From: a virus | Taxonomy: Duplodnaviria > Caudoviricetes | DNA: 40,824 nt | Direction: 5' to 3' (one strand) | Virus record (IMG/VR): IMGVR_UViG_3300027855_000003 | Coordinates: 1-40,824 of that record | Shown: in pieces, positions 16,065 to 25,116 of the stretch | Position numbering within the stretch: position 1 is the stretch's first letter | How the letters are laid out: the number at the start of each line of letters is the position of its first letter | Translations under genes and position numbers: made by a program | Notes under the pieces: model-generated | The model's database searches: none | The model's input: only the letters and a program-made list of their open reading frames with translations | What the model was told of the DNA's origin: nothing

Positions 16065-18063
16065 TGGATCATCTAAGAAGGTGATCCAAAGAAACATAGA
16101 GACCGAAATACACGCGGGGAAGGATCCCAAGCAGGCTGCGGCTATTGCTTATGCAAAGGCGCGTGGAGATGATGCTGAGGTGAAAGCTGCTGGGATTTTA
16201 TTCAGGAGTCCAGATGACAAGTTCCTATTTATGCTCCGCTCTGATAAAGGAGATATGGGTGGATATTGGGGAATACCTGGCGGTAAATTAAAGGATGGCG
16301 AGACCGCTGAAATTGGTGCTGTTCGAGAGGCTGTTGAAGAAACAGGGTTCAATCCTGGAACTTTGGACGGTGAGCTATGCCGCTACGTCGCTGACAATGT
16401 GGATTTTACCACATTCGTCAAGGAGGTCGATGATGAATTCCGATGCAAACTTGATGACGAACATACCTCTTATGGATGGTTCACAGCCGATGAAGCCCAG
16501 TCAATCAATCTCCATCCCGGCGTTGCTAAGGCGCTTCGTCGTCCTAGAATGGATGAGATGGAAATCTCCAAGTCGATGGCACATGAAGGATTAAGTTCTC
16601 CCCAGAGGGTTGAGAATGCTACCTTCTATGTTATGCGTGCGACAGGGACGGGGTTTTCGCATCGTCCCTCATTAGATGAATATGTCTACCGAGATCCACA
16701 AATTTGGTTGACTCCTGGTCTCGTAGAACGCATGTCCGGAATACCTGTGATTTGGTGGCATCCGCCAGATGCCACTTTGAATAGTGAGGAGCATAGAAAA
16801 CGGGTAGTTGGAACTACCGGTTACTCATGGATTGAGGGAGATCAGATTAATGTTGTGGCACGGATTTATGACGATGAGGCCAATGAACGTTTAGCCGATC
16901 ATACCTTATCTACGTCACCCACTGTGGTGTTTGGTGATCCAACCGAGAATACGACCTTAAAGCTTTCGGACGGATCCACTTTATTGATTGAAGGTAAACC
17001 CACGTATGTGGATCATTTAGCAGTTTGTAAAACGGGTGTTTGGGACAAAGGCGGACCACCAGAAGGAATCCGAGCAGATATGGTTAGAGCGGATTCAACC
17101 GAAGAATCTGAGGGCGTTCCAGAGCGAATACCCACAGGAGTGTCAACATCGAAAGGAGTCACGGATATGGCCGAAGAGAAAAAAGAAGAGAAGAAAGAGG
17201 ACGCGGCGATCAAGGACGATGCGAAAAAGGACGATGCTGCGAAGGCAGACACTCGTTCCGATTCCGAGAAGATTATGGACGCGGTAGGCGCTATTGCCAA
17301 GTCCTGCGACGCTCTTTCCAAGCGCATGGATGCTTGGGAGGAGGAGAAGGAAGAGAAGAAAAAGGCTGACGCTACGGCAGCAGACGCCAAGAAAGACGAT
17401 GCGAAAAAGGACGATGCGAAGAAGGACGACGGCGATCTTCACCTCCTTCACAAGAAGGATGATGACGCGAAGAAGGACGATGCGAAGAAGGACGACGCGA
17501 AGAAGGATGATGCTGCGGTGGCCGATGCTGCCAAAGCTGATGCCGCTCGCGCCGACGCAACCGCGGCGGAACTCGTAGCGACCAAGAAGCGCCTTGCTGA
17601 ATTGGAAGCTGCATTGCCTCAGATCAAGGCGATGATTCCAAAGCAGTTGTCCGATGAGGACTTCAACGCGATGGCAGAAATTCAATCCAAAGCGGATTCT
17701 GTTTATCAAGGCTTCAATAAAAAGGCCTCACGTCCGCTCGACGGCGAAACCAAGCTCAACTATCGCCGCCGTCTTGCCAACGGGTTGAAGGAATTCAGCG
17801 CCGATATCAAGGACGCTGACCTCTCTATCATTCCCGAGGGCGCCTTCTTCGATAGCATCGAGCGGCGTATATATGCCGATGCTACCGAAGCCTCTATGCA
17901 TCCTCAGGATCTGGAGGACAACGAAATCCGTGCCGTCTCCAAGCGGGACGAAGCGGGTCGCAACATCACCACCTTCCATGGCAAAAAGACGTTTATCCAC
18001 CAGATGGCTCGTCCCCGTCAGGTCGTGAGTCGCCTTGGAGTGCCCCACCGCAACCAGCACTGA
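16051..18063 (+). CDS. Nudix hydrolase - DUF2213-like prohead protease - scaffold fusion
   Basis: Intact Nudix box GKLKDGETAEIGAVREAVEETGF; WHP..., LSTSP, DHLAVC protease-like motifs; charged C-terminal scaffold. Confidence 0.85.
   Translation: MPLRSGSSKKVIQRNIETEIHAGKDPKQAAAIAYAKARGDDAEVKAAGILFRSPDDKFLFMLRSDKGDMGGYWGIPGGKLKDGETAEIGAVREAVEETGFNPGTLDGELCRYVADNVDFTTFVKEVDDEFRCKLDDEHTSYGWFTADEAQSINLHPGVAKALRRPRMDEMEISKSMAHEGLSSPQRVENATFYVMRATGTGFSHRPSLDEYVYRDPQIWLTPGLVERMSGIPVIWWHPPDATLNSEEHRKRVVGTTGYSWIEGDQINVVARIYDDEANERLADHTLSTSPTVVFGDPTENTTLKLSDGSTLLIEGKPTYVDHLAVCKTGVWDKGGPPEGIRADMVRADSTEESEGVPERIPTGVSTSKGVTDMAEEKKEEKKEDAAIKDDAKKDDAAKADTRSDSEKIMDAVGAIAKSCDALSKRMDAWEEEKEEKKKADATAADAKKDDAKKDDAKKDDGDLHLLHKKDDDAKKDDAKKDDAKKDDAAVADAAKADAARADATAAELVATKKRLAELEAALPQIKAMIPKQLSDEDFNAMAEIQSKADSVYQGFNKKASRPLDGETKLNYRRRLANGLKEFSADIKDADLSIIPEGAFFDSIERRIYADATEASMHPQDLEDNEIRAVSKRDEAGRNITTFHGKKTFIHQMARPRQVVSRLGVPHRNQH
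17167..18063 (+). CDS. Nested in-frame scaffold protein
   Basis: AAAGGAG at 17152-17158 before in-frame ATG at 17167, where the K/D/E/A-rich region begins. Confidence 0.6.
   Translation: MAEEKKEEKKEDAAIKDDAKKDDAAKADTRSDSEKIMDAVGAIAKSCDALSKRMDAWEEEKEEKKKADATAADAKKDDAKKDDAKKDDGDLHLLHKKDDDAKKDDAKKDDAKKDDAAVADAAKADAARADATAAELVATKKRLAELEAALPQIKAMIPKQLSDEDFNAMAEIQSKADSVYQGFNKKASRPLDGETKLNYRRRLANGLKEFSADIKDADLSIIPEGAFFDSIERRIYADATEASMHPQDLEDNEIRAVSKRDEAGRNITTFHGKKTFIHQMARPRQVVSRLGVPHRNQH
17386..17514 (+). repeat. 15-bp coding tandem repeats (AKKDD)
   Basis: Two blocks of three GCNAARAARGAYGAY units; another copy near 17220. Confidence 0.9.
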
Positions 18064-18069
18064 TCCCAC

Positions 18070-18093
18070 CACGTTCGCATAAATGCGAACGTG
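18070..18093 (+). other. Intergenic hairpin after protease/scaffold gene
   Basis: CACGTTCGCAT-AA-ATGCGAACGTG perfect inverted repeat; no U-tract. Confidence 0.7.
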
Positions 18094-18123
18094 TCGGTCA
18101 TTTAAATTAGGAAAGGCAAAGCG

Positions 18124-18720
18124 ATGACTATCCCTTTTAATCCCAACGTTGTCACCAATGCTGGCGGTGGGTTCGTTCTTGAATCCACAGGCTATATCGC
18201 AGGGTTTGCTCTCGATGACCCCCATATTCGGAACTCATTGAGAGGCGGACCTCTTGGCCCTGCTGAAACGCTTCCCATGTGGGGCGGCATTCCTGTCGTC
18301 GTATCGATCCCGCCGCCTACTCCTGACAGCCAGGATAGTCTTGGCAATGTCATTACGCGAGCGGCGTCGGCTGCAACAATCTTGGGATGGTCGGTCTTCA
18401 ATCAAGACCATTCCATGATCAGTTCGACCTCATCTCCTGTGCCTCAGGCGGCGCCTGGAATGATGGTTGCTTACTATCTTATCGGTAGCGGCGCCCGAAT
18501 TGTTCTACCCTGCGATCCTGCTCTCGCAAGTCTTGTAGGATCGCCAATCAGTGCCGCGGTTGCTTGGGACTTTGCCAACAACCAGTTGATTGCTGGTACT
18601 GGTCTCGGTGTTGAAATCCTGCACTTCAATATCGGGAACAGCATGGTTCCAGTTTATACTTCGGCAACCGGAGCATTGACCTGGAATCGCCAGGGTAGTG
18701 TCGCCGTCGTCAAAATCTAA
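18124..18720 (+). CDS. Putative head decoration/cement protein
   Basis: Position between scaffold and major capsid; beta-rich 198 aa; RBS present. Confidence 0.7.
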   Translation: MTIPFNPNVVTNAGGGFVLESTGYIAGFALDDPHIRNSLRGGPLGPAETLPMWGGIPVVVSIPPPTPDSQDSLGNVITRAASAATILGWSVFNQDHSMISSTSSPVPQAAPGMMVAYYLIGSGARIVLPCDPALASLVGSPISAAVAWDFANNQLIAGTGLGVEILHFNIGNSMVPVYTSATGALTWNRQGSVAVVKI

Positions 18721-18778
18721 GAAGGACCCAAACTCAGGAACACGCCGGCATAACCGGCTCACGTAAAGGAGAACTTCA

Positions 18779-19801
18779 ATGCCAGTTATTAGTCCGGCTT
18801 TTATTCAGGCTCATCCCTCGTTTGTCGAGCCTGGAATTATCCTCCAGTATTCACAGGCATCCAATGCCTTCGATCTGCTTCCCTCGGGTGGTCCGATGCC
18901 GAAGCTGGGAGAGGGCGATCTGTGGGTCTATGCGAAGAGAGCCGATATTCGCACGAAGGTTGCGGCGGGTCAATCCGCTTACAACCAACTTCCCTCTGTC
19001 GAGATTGCCATGTCGCAAATCTCGATTCCAACCTATTTGCTTCGGGTAAGAGGCGAATTTGATCACCATGATACGGCTGCTCTCGCTCGCTGGGGGATGC
19101 CGATGATGGAGGCTCAACGCCTCGGAATGCGTCAAGGCCATTTCCAACTCGCTCGCAACGGGTTGCTCTATGGCTTCAACCCCCAGAATGGTGAGGGGTT
19201 GCTCAATACGAACGGCGCCACAGCGACCACATTGCCGCCAGATTCCAATGGCAATACCACAATGGTCACTTACGATAACGGTGAGCTTGCGGTTTTCTTT
19301 CTTACCATTATGGCGGCGATTAAGACCCGAACATATCAATTCGGTATTGGTCGAAAATTTACCATCATTGGCCCACAGCGCGATTTGGGCATGATGGAGA
19401 TGGTGAACATCGTTCAGCTGGTTCAGTTCCAACGTACAGGCGCCGGCTCTGCAACCTCTGCAGGGATGGTGAAGGCCGTTATGGAAATGAACGGCGACAC
19501 CATTGATTGGGGATATGACGATACCCTGATCGGCAAGGGACAGGGCGGCACTGACGCCATTGTCTTTGTTATGACAGAGGTCGAGAAGCCTACCTCGTCG
19601 AAGTGGAATACGAATATCTGGGCAACGATCGCTCCTGGCCTCGAGGCCTGCACCGCGATGTATTGCGACAAAGCGGCGCCGACTGAGATTCCAACTCCGC
19701 TTCCTGGTGGTGCAACTGACATTTTGTCGGAGTTCAGGATCTCGCCTGGCTGGGGCATTCGTCCCGAAGCCATTACAATCCTGAGCGTTCAGAACTCGTA
19801 A
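18779..19801 (+). CDS. Major capsid protein
   Basis: 340 aa, AAAGGAG RBS, position, LLYG.....GEGLLN motif, C-terminal GWGIRPEAI. Confidence 0.85.
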   Translation: MPVISPAFIQAHPSFVEPGIILQYSQASNAFDLLPSGGPMPKLGEGDLWVYAKRADIRTKVAAGQSAYNQLPSVEIAMSQISIPTYLLRVRGEFDHHDTAALARWGMPMMEAQRLGMRQGHFQLARNGLLYGFNPQNGEGLLNTNGATATTLPPDSNGNTTMVTYDNGELAVFFLTIMAAIKTRTYQFGIGRKFTIIGPQRDLGMMEMVNIVQLVQFQRTGAGSATSAGMVKAVMEMNGDTIDWGYDDTLIGKGQGGTDAIVFVMTEVEKPTSSKWNTNIWATIAPGLEACTAMYCDKAAPTEIPTPLPGGATDILSEFRISPGWGIRPEAITILSVQNS

Positions 19802-19802
19802 T

Positions 19803-19891
19803 TCCGCACGGGGCCTCCTCAAGACTTGGGCGGATAGGGCAGTCTAGTATAGGTTAAGGGTGCCTCCCACCTTCACCATGCTAGGCTGCCC
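19803..19891 (+). ncRNA. Twin hairpins with CCUCC loops (cuckoo-like motif)
   Basis: Hairpin 1 19803-19834 with loop CCTCCTC; hairpin 2 19837-19891 with 14-bp outer stem (2 G-U) and apical loop CCTCC. Confidence 0.55.
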
Positions 19892-19912
19892 GCATCATAA
19901 AAAGGGAGAATT

Positions 19913-20452
19913 ATGATGGCAAATATGTACGTGGCAAATGCCATGAAACAAAACTACACGTTCCTTTATCGGGCATCAGGACGAGCAACTCCAACGGCTC
20001 AAGAGATTCCGATTGGAACTCAGATCAAAATATCGGGTGATTTGACGCCGGATGATATTGAGGGTATCATCCTTCAGCATGAACCTTATGGGTTTATGAA
20101 AGCGGAAGACTTTGATAAGCCCAGTTTTGGTGGAGTTATTTATTGTGTTGGAACTCCTATATCCGAAGCTAAGATAAAAAAGGCTATTGAAAAATACCAA
20201 GAATTGGTGGATGACAGAGGCAAAGTCATTCGGAAGGATAGCGCAGTCGCTGCCTCCAATACAATCGAGAAGGAGATCATTGGCGAGGATAACAACGCCA
20301 TGCGACTTACCAATTTGGAAATGTCTGTCGAGGAGGATCCTCCAAAAGAGGGATCACGAGAAGGGCATCCAGACCTGTTCTCAGAAGGCATTCAGGTCCT
20401 TCGAGTTCCTCCAACTGAGGGCTCGAATGTAAGAGGGTTGAGGAGTCGGTAG
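19913..20452 (+). CDS. Hypothetical virion-associated protein
   Basis: GGGAG RBS; directly after capsid gene. Confidence 0.75.
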   Translation: MMANMYVANAMKQNYTFLYRASGRATPTAQEIPIGTQIKISGDLTPDDIEGIILQHEPYGFMKAEDFDKPSFGGVIYCVGTPISEAKIKKAIEKYQELVDDRGKVIRKDSAVAASNTIEKEIIGEDNNAMRLTNLEMSVEEDPPKEGSREGHPDLFSEGIQVLRVPPTEGSNVRGLRSR

Positions 20453-20928
20453 TGACTGACGATCCAACATTCACAGGATATCAGACGTTCCTGACTAATA
20501 TCGTAGGTGTTCCTGCGGATCAGATACCTGTGGATGTTGATCCCAATGCTGTCCAATTCTCTTACGATTTCTCCTTAAACATGGCTTATTGGGGATTGAT
20601 GTTGGTCCCCTCTCAAGTCACTTCTGCCTCTATTTATGCGACCGCTGTCTATTCTTTAGGGGCAGATACCCTCATCAACTATGCTCCTGACATACCAACT
20701 GCTGGAGATCCAACCTATTGGTCTGATCTTCGTGCCACCTTTAATATCAACAATTTTGTTGGAGGAGTGATTAATTTCTCCTCCGACCAGAGCACGTCTC
20801 AAGGTATTGCAGTTTCGGATTTCTTGAAGAATTTGACCTTAGCTGATCTCCAGAATTTAAAAACGCCTTGGGGTCGAATGTATCTATCCCTCGCACAGAA
20901 CATTGGCACACTGTGGGGGATATCATAA
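20452..20928 (+). CDS. Putative head-tail adaptor (DUF4054-like)
   Basis: C-terminal LQNLKTPWGRMYL motif; position. Confidence 0.7.
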   Translation: MTDDPTFTGYQTFLTNIVGVPADQIPVDVDPNAVQFSYDFSLNMAYWGLMLVPSQVTSASIYATAVYSLGADTLINYAPDIPTAGDPTYWSDLRATFNINNFVGGVINFSSDQSTSQGIAVSDFLKNLTLADLQNLKTPWGRMYLSLAQNIGTLWGIS

Positions 20929-21434
20929 TGGCAGACTCCATTTCCCTGAAAATGGGCTTTATCAATACCCCTTATACTGCGGAATCGATTGCTCGCCCAG
21001 CAACCGCCGCAAGAGCGGAATCTCGGCGTCAGCGTCGCCGCAGTTTTTCTAAAACCATAACGGCGGAAGATGTTGCTGCGATCCTTGAAGCCAAATATCA
21101 AGTCTTGGATGAATTTACCAAGCTTCATGTAGCGGAGATCCAACTTGCTATCCTAAGTCAATTTGAAAGGGTGGCAGGAGACGTTACGTCGGGTGCCCGA
21201 CGAAGTTCTAATCTGGGTAATTTACTCAAGCCTGCGACCAAAGAAATAGAGGCTATGTTCAAAAAGTTTCTGGATACGGAAGAGATGAATGGTCGTGTTC
21301 CTGGTGTTCCAACGAAGGCTGCTTTGACTGGGGTGCGTCATGGTCGAGGCTCGAAAACGATGCAAGGGACTCCTCGACCCTCATTCATTGATACAGGCAT
21401 ATATCGAGCTTCCTTTAGAGCGTGGGTGGATTAA
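20928..21434 (+). CDS. Putative neck/tail completion protein
   Basis: TAATG coupling; C-terminal RPSFIDTG.Y..S motif. Confidence 0.7.
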   Translation: MADSISLKMGFINTPYTAESIARPATAARAESRRQRRRSFSKTITAEDVAAILEAKYQVLDEFTKLHVAEIQLAILSQFERVAGDVTSGARRSSNLGNLLKPATKEIEAMFKKFLDTEEMNGRVPGVPTKAALTGVRHGRGSKTMQGTPRPSFIDTGIYRASFRAWVD

Positions 21435-22466
21435 ATGACCACAATTGGAGAAGCCGCCGCTACTGCTAAAACACCTCTCGCTTCGAGCCTCGCAGCGGGT
21501 GTTAATAATATATCCTATAATCAGACGATTACTTTTACCCTATATCAGAAAAAAATTCTTCCAGCTGATGGGTTCGTTTTTTGGATCAATGGAAATTTGA
21601 TTACTCCCACACCGATTGATTCCGCTACCGTGAACATTCAAGGATCGCTTCACTACTCCACCGAAGTTGGGCAACATGAGGATGCTACCGTCTCTTATAA
21701 TACCATTGTCTTTACCTCATTATCGGAAGTTGATATCTTTCAGGATATTGATCCCCAGACTATATATCTGGCGGATTTTGAGGGAATTCGGTTTTCTTTT
21801 AGTAGTAGAGGTAAGTTTTACGAACAAGCCGGATTGTATCATTATATGGGCACTGCCGTATCGTCGGTTATGGAAACCCAGATTATTGATACTCAGGCGG
21901 ACCTCGATGCGCTGGAGCCAATAGTTTCAAATTCCCTTCCTATTTGGCTCGCGATGCCGTCTTATGTGCCTCCATATCCTGGGTTTACATGTCCGATTCC
22001 TTTGTACCCATCGTTCTTGGTACCTGATAATGAGCCGCCCCCCTATGGTGCTGTTCATATTGAGGATACCCGTTCATTGGTGGATGCAGCGTCCTTTGGA
22101 CCAACATTAACCAGCGAACAATTGGCAGCCGAGACTGTTCGGATAACAACATATGGTGTGAACAATGACACCATAATAACTTTCCTTAATTTTGTTCTCC
22201 AGTATTCATATGATTGGAATTTTATCGGAATGATGAATATGCCAATCATCGTGGATGAGAAAAGAACTCAACCTGAACTCAGGGTTATTGCCCAAAAGAA
22301 GGTGATCGAGTTCAAGGTTTCTTATCTTCAAACGAGTGTCCGAAATGTGGCTCGTCAGTTCATAAAAGGATTTGTGGTTCAGAATGAGGCTAAGATAGAG
22401 CCTCCATACATCAGTGGCAATGTCATAGCCCCCAGAACCCGTACAACGGTAGGAGCAGGAACATGA
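21435..22466 (+). CDS. Putative head closure/tail terminator protein
   Basis: Position just before sheath; 343 aa, possibly two fused neck domains. Confidence 0.6.
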   Translation: MTTIGEAAATAKTPLASSLAAGVNNISYNQTITFTLYQKKILPADGFVFWINGNLITPTPIDSATVNIQGSLHYSTEVGQHEDATVSYNTIVFTSLSEVDIFQDIDPQTIYLADFEGIRFSFSSRGKFYEQAGLYHYMGTAVSSVMETQIIDTQADLDALEPIVSNSLPIWLAMPSYVPPYPGFTCPIPLYPSFLVPDNEPPPYGAVHIEDTRSLVDAASFGPTLTSEQLAAETVRITTYGVNNDTIITFLNFVLQYSYDWNFIGMMNMPIIVDEKRTQPELRVIAQKKVIEFKVSYLQTSVRNVARQFIKGFVVQNEAKIEPPYISGNVIAPRTRTTVGAGT

Positions 22467-23908
22467 GTGTTTACCAAGATCCCAACGCTATCGTCACCGT
22501 ACAAGTCACAACCATTCTTGCACCTGCTCCTCAGAACTTTCAGCAGTCTGGGGTGCTGGTGTCGTTTGGTGGTTCAACAATTGAGCCCAATACGGTATCA
22601 TTGTTGACCCAGTTTGCTGATTTGAAGCCCCTTCTTCAACCTTCTGGTTCTATTACCAGTATTGCATGGGCAACAGGGGTCGCTACAGTCACGACCACTA
22701 ATCCTTTGCCTGTCAACATCACGACAGGTTCTGTTGTTCAAATGGTGATCACAGGGGCTGTTCCCACTGTCTATAATGGTGCTTTCACTTGCACTGTCAC
22801 AGGACCCAATGAGTTTACCTATCCGCTGACTGCTGATCCAGGAGGTCCTGCAGCAATAGGTTCATACCAATTATATTCTTCTTCCCAACTCAATGCTCAG
22901 GCATCCACTTTCTTTCGACAAGGAAGTGGGACTACTGTCCGTGTTCTGGAGTTGGGTTATCAACCGCTATTTGCGGGTGAGATTTCAGCTATGGAAAATT
23001 GGCTCAATCTCAATCCGCTATCGTACTATGGATATTTGATGCCTGACTATTGGGGCTTGGTTGCGAATATTCCTGCTACCTTAACCCTATATGAGCAGTT
23101 TGAAAATCCAGAAGCTATGACTTATTTCTGGGTCACAATTGAACTCGCGGCAGTTGGATTGATTCCAAATACCGTGAAGTCCGTTGTCCAGATGATCGAA
23201 GCTCCCAGTGTTCAAGCTGCAAGAAATGCCGCGAATCCTGGAAACTACGCCGAGTTTACTTTGGCGTCTATGTTCTTCTGGGCAATGCAATACCAAGCAA
23301 CCTCAGTGACCCCAGTGTCGCCGATGTGCTTCAAATATGTCTATGGTGTTACAGCATACCCCTCACAGGGTAATGGACCTCGCCTTGTTTCCTTCAAGAC
23401 CAATTTTGTTAATTACATCCAGACTGGAGCGGAGGGTGGCATCGCGTTCACCAACGTCTATCAGGGTGTGACAGCGGATGGTATGGACTACTTCAATTGG
23501 TGGTGGACTATCGATTGGGTCCAACTTCAGGTCAACATTGACCTAACCAATGCTATCATTAATGGTAGCAATAATCCGCTTGCTCCTTTGTACTACAACC
23601 AGCCAGGTATCAACTATCTGGAATCTGTGCTTGCAGGCACGATGACAAAAGCAGGTGGATTTGGTCTTGTGAACGGTTTGGTGGTTCAGACCGAACTAAC
23701 CTCACAACAGTTGCAAGCCCAGATCAGCGCAGGGGCTTACACAGGTCAATGCAACGTGAATGCGGTTCCATTCATCCCCTACTCTCAACAAAACCCCAGT
23801 CACTACGGAGAGGGTGAATACGATGGACTATCGACCTTGTTCATCCCCTCTCGAGGGTTCGTCCACATTCTCGTGGTCGTTGTGGCCACAGATATTGTGA
23901 CACTGTGA
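22463..23908 (+). CDS. Tail sheath protein (DUF3383-like)
   Basis: 481 aa; C-terminal G.TADG.DYF.WW.IDW.Q...PLYYNQPGI motif; followed by tube gene. Confidence 0.85.
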   Translation: MSVYQDPNAIVTVQVTTILAPAPQNFQQSGVLVSFGGSTIEPNTVSLLTQFADLKPLLQPSGSITSIAWATGVATVTTTNPLPVNITTGSVVQMVITGAVPTVYNGAFTCTVTGPNEFTYPLTADPGGPAAIGSYQLYSSSQLNAQASTFFRQGSGTTVRVLELGYQPLFAGEISAMENWLNLNPLSYYGYLMPDYWGLVANIPATLTLYEQFENPEAMTYFWVTIELAAVGLIPNTVKSVVQMIEAPSVQAARNAANPGNYAEFTLASMFFWAMQYQATSVTPVSPMCFKYVYGVTAYPSQGNGPRLVSFKTNFVNYIQTGAEGGIAFTNVYQGVTADGMDYFNWWWTIDWVQLQVNIDLTNAIINGSNNPLAPLYYNQPGINYLESVLAGTMTKAGGFGLVNGLVVQTELTSQQLQAQISAGAYTGQCNVNAVPFIPYSQQNPSHYGEGEYDGLSTLFIPSRGFVHILVVVVATDIVTL

Positions 23909-23933
23909 CCTGAACGATAAAGGAGTTTAAACA

Positions 23934-24377
23934 ATGCCTACAAGCCCGCTGGTAGATCAAGGTTCGTTGAACCGCATTCGTGCGAGTGTGGTTTGGCCGG
24001 ACAATCCTCAACTCAACCTTACCTCTGGCTATCTTGCAAAAGAGGGTCTGAGGCTCGCATTGGAAGGTAATGCGTCCGATTATCTTCCGACGATGACAGG
24101 GGCAGTCCCTTCGCCTGCACCCTATCAGATTGTGACCTTGACAATGGCTCTTGTCAAGTCACAGCCTTTGGCTGCCGTATATAAGGCACAATTCGAGAGT
24201 AACTGTGTTGTGGGAGACGCCACTGTTCGTCCTGATTCCACAACACTGGGGCTCTATAGCCTGAACAATCTGGTCCTTGAAAGCGTCCGTGAAATGTCAT
24301 TCGCTGGCGAGGATCCCTCTTGGGTTGTTACGGCGAAAGGTTACTACCTGGTCAATTCGTTCCTGTTCAATACCTAA
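23934..24377 (+). CDS. Tail tube protein
   Basis: 147 aa beta-rich protein after sheath; AAGGAG RBS. Confidence 0.75.
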   Translation: MPTSPLVDQGSLNRIRASVVWPDNPQLNLTSGYLAKEGLRLALEGNASDYLPTMTGAVPSPAPYQIVTLTMALVKSQPLAAVYKAQFESNCVVGDATVRPDSTTLGLYSLNNLVLESVREMSFAGEDPSWVVTAKGYYLVNSFLFNT

Positions 24378-24397
24378 GCCATCACTGGGAGGTGATC

Positions 24398-25003
24398 ATG
24401 GCTATTGTTGTGTCCATAAATAAGAAACTCAATCTGGCAGTTCCTCTGGAAACAGATATGGGTAAAGTTTGGGTTCATTCTGTTCCTTTATCAAAGGAGG
24501 TATTCGAGGCGAACTATCTAATCCTAACCAAAACACTATCAGCCATTTATGTAAATGGTCTTGGACCAGCTATGGCTCCACGTGTCGCTGCCATGATGCT
24601 AAAAGATACCGCCAAAGAAATGGAAATCGATGAGGTGGTTCAAAACAATTTAATCCAAGAAATTTATCGTCTTTCCAACGTCCTGTTGCCTCAACCCACT
24701 GGGGGATGGCAAACGGTGCCGTTTGCTGAGGCAAAGATGAAAAAGATGGTTGATGAGGAATCATTGGCGGAGGCGGAAAATGCCCTCGTTTATTTTATTG
24801 TGGCCTCGGCGGTACATATCAAGAAGGAACTGCCGATGGCATACCAAGGTTTGAAGCAAATTTGGAGCGCGCAAATTACACCATTGAACGTTACGGCATT
24901 CAGCAATTCTTTAGCGACCTTGACTGGGGAAGGGAATACTGGAGAGAAGCCTCTGGAGACCCCCAAGGTAATGGTTCCGAAAGTATCATCTGTACCATCT
25001 TAA
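24398..25003 (+). CDS. Tail assembly chaperone
   Basis: GGGAGGTG RBS before ATG 24398; between tube and tape measure. Confidence 0.7.
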   Translation: MAIVVSINKKLNLAVPLETDMGKVWVHSVPLSKEVFEANYLILTKTLSAIYVNGLGPAMAPRVAAMMLKDTAKEMEIDEVVQNNLIQEIYRLSNVLLPQPTGGWQTVPFAEAKMKKMVDEESLAEAENALVYFIVASAVHIKKELPMAYQGLKQIWSAQITPLNVTAFSNSLATLTGEGNTGEKPLETPKVMVPKVSSVPS

Positions 25004-25116
25004 CATGGGCATCAGGAGAAGGATTCGAGGAGTTTTATTCTCAGGTAGGTAACAGAAGGTACTCGTCTGCGTTGGAATGGCGTCAGCGCCACATAATTAA
25101 TCTCTGGAGAACATGA
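24862..25116 (+). CDS. Possible -1 frame extension of tail chaperone (G-T-like)
   Basis: Open -1 frame overlapping chaperone 3' end; its stop overlaps tape measure ATG (ATGA). Confidence 0.45.
   Translation: MERANYTIERYGIQQFFSDLDWGREYWREASGDPQGNGSESIICTILTWASGEGFEEFYSQVGNRRYSSALEWRQRHIINLWRT

Noticed and set aside
17013-17709. Several antisense and alternate-frame ORFs over the scaffold repeats
   Set aside because: By-products of the stop-free AKKDD repeats
18851-19822. 323-aa antisense ORF over the major capsid gene
   Set aside because: Shadow of biased codon usage; no RBS or recognisable motifs
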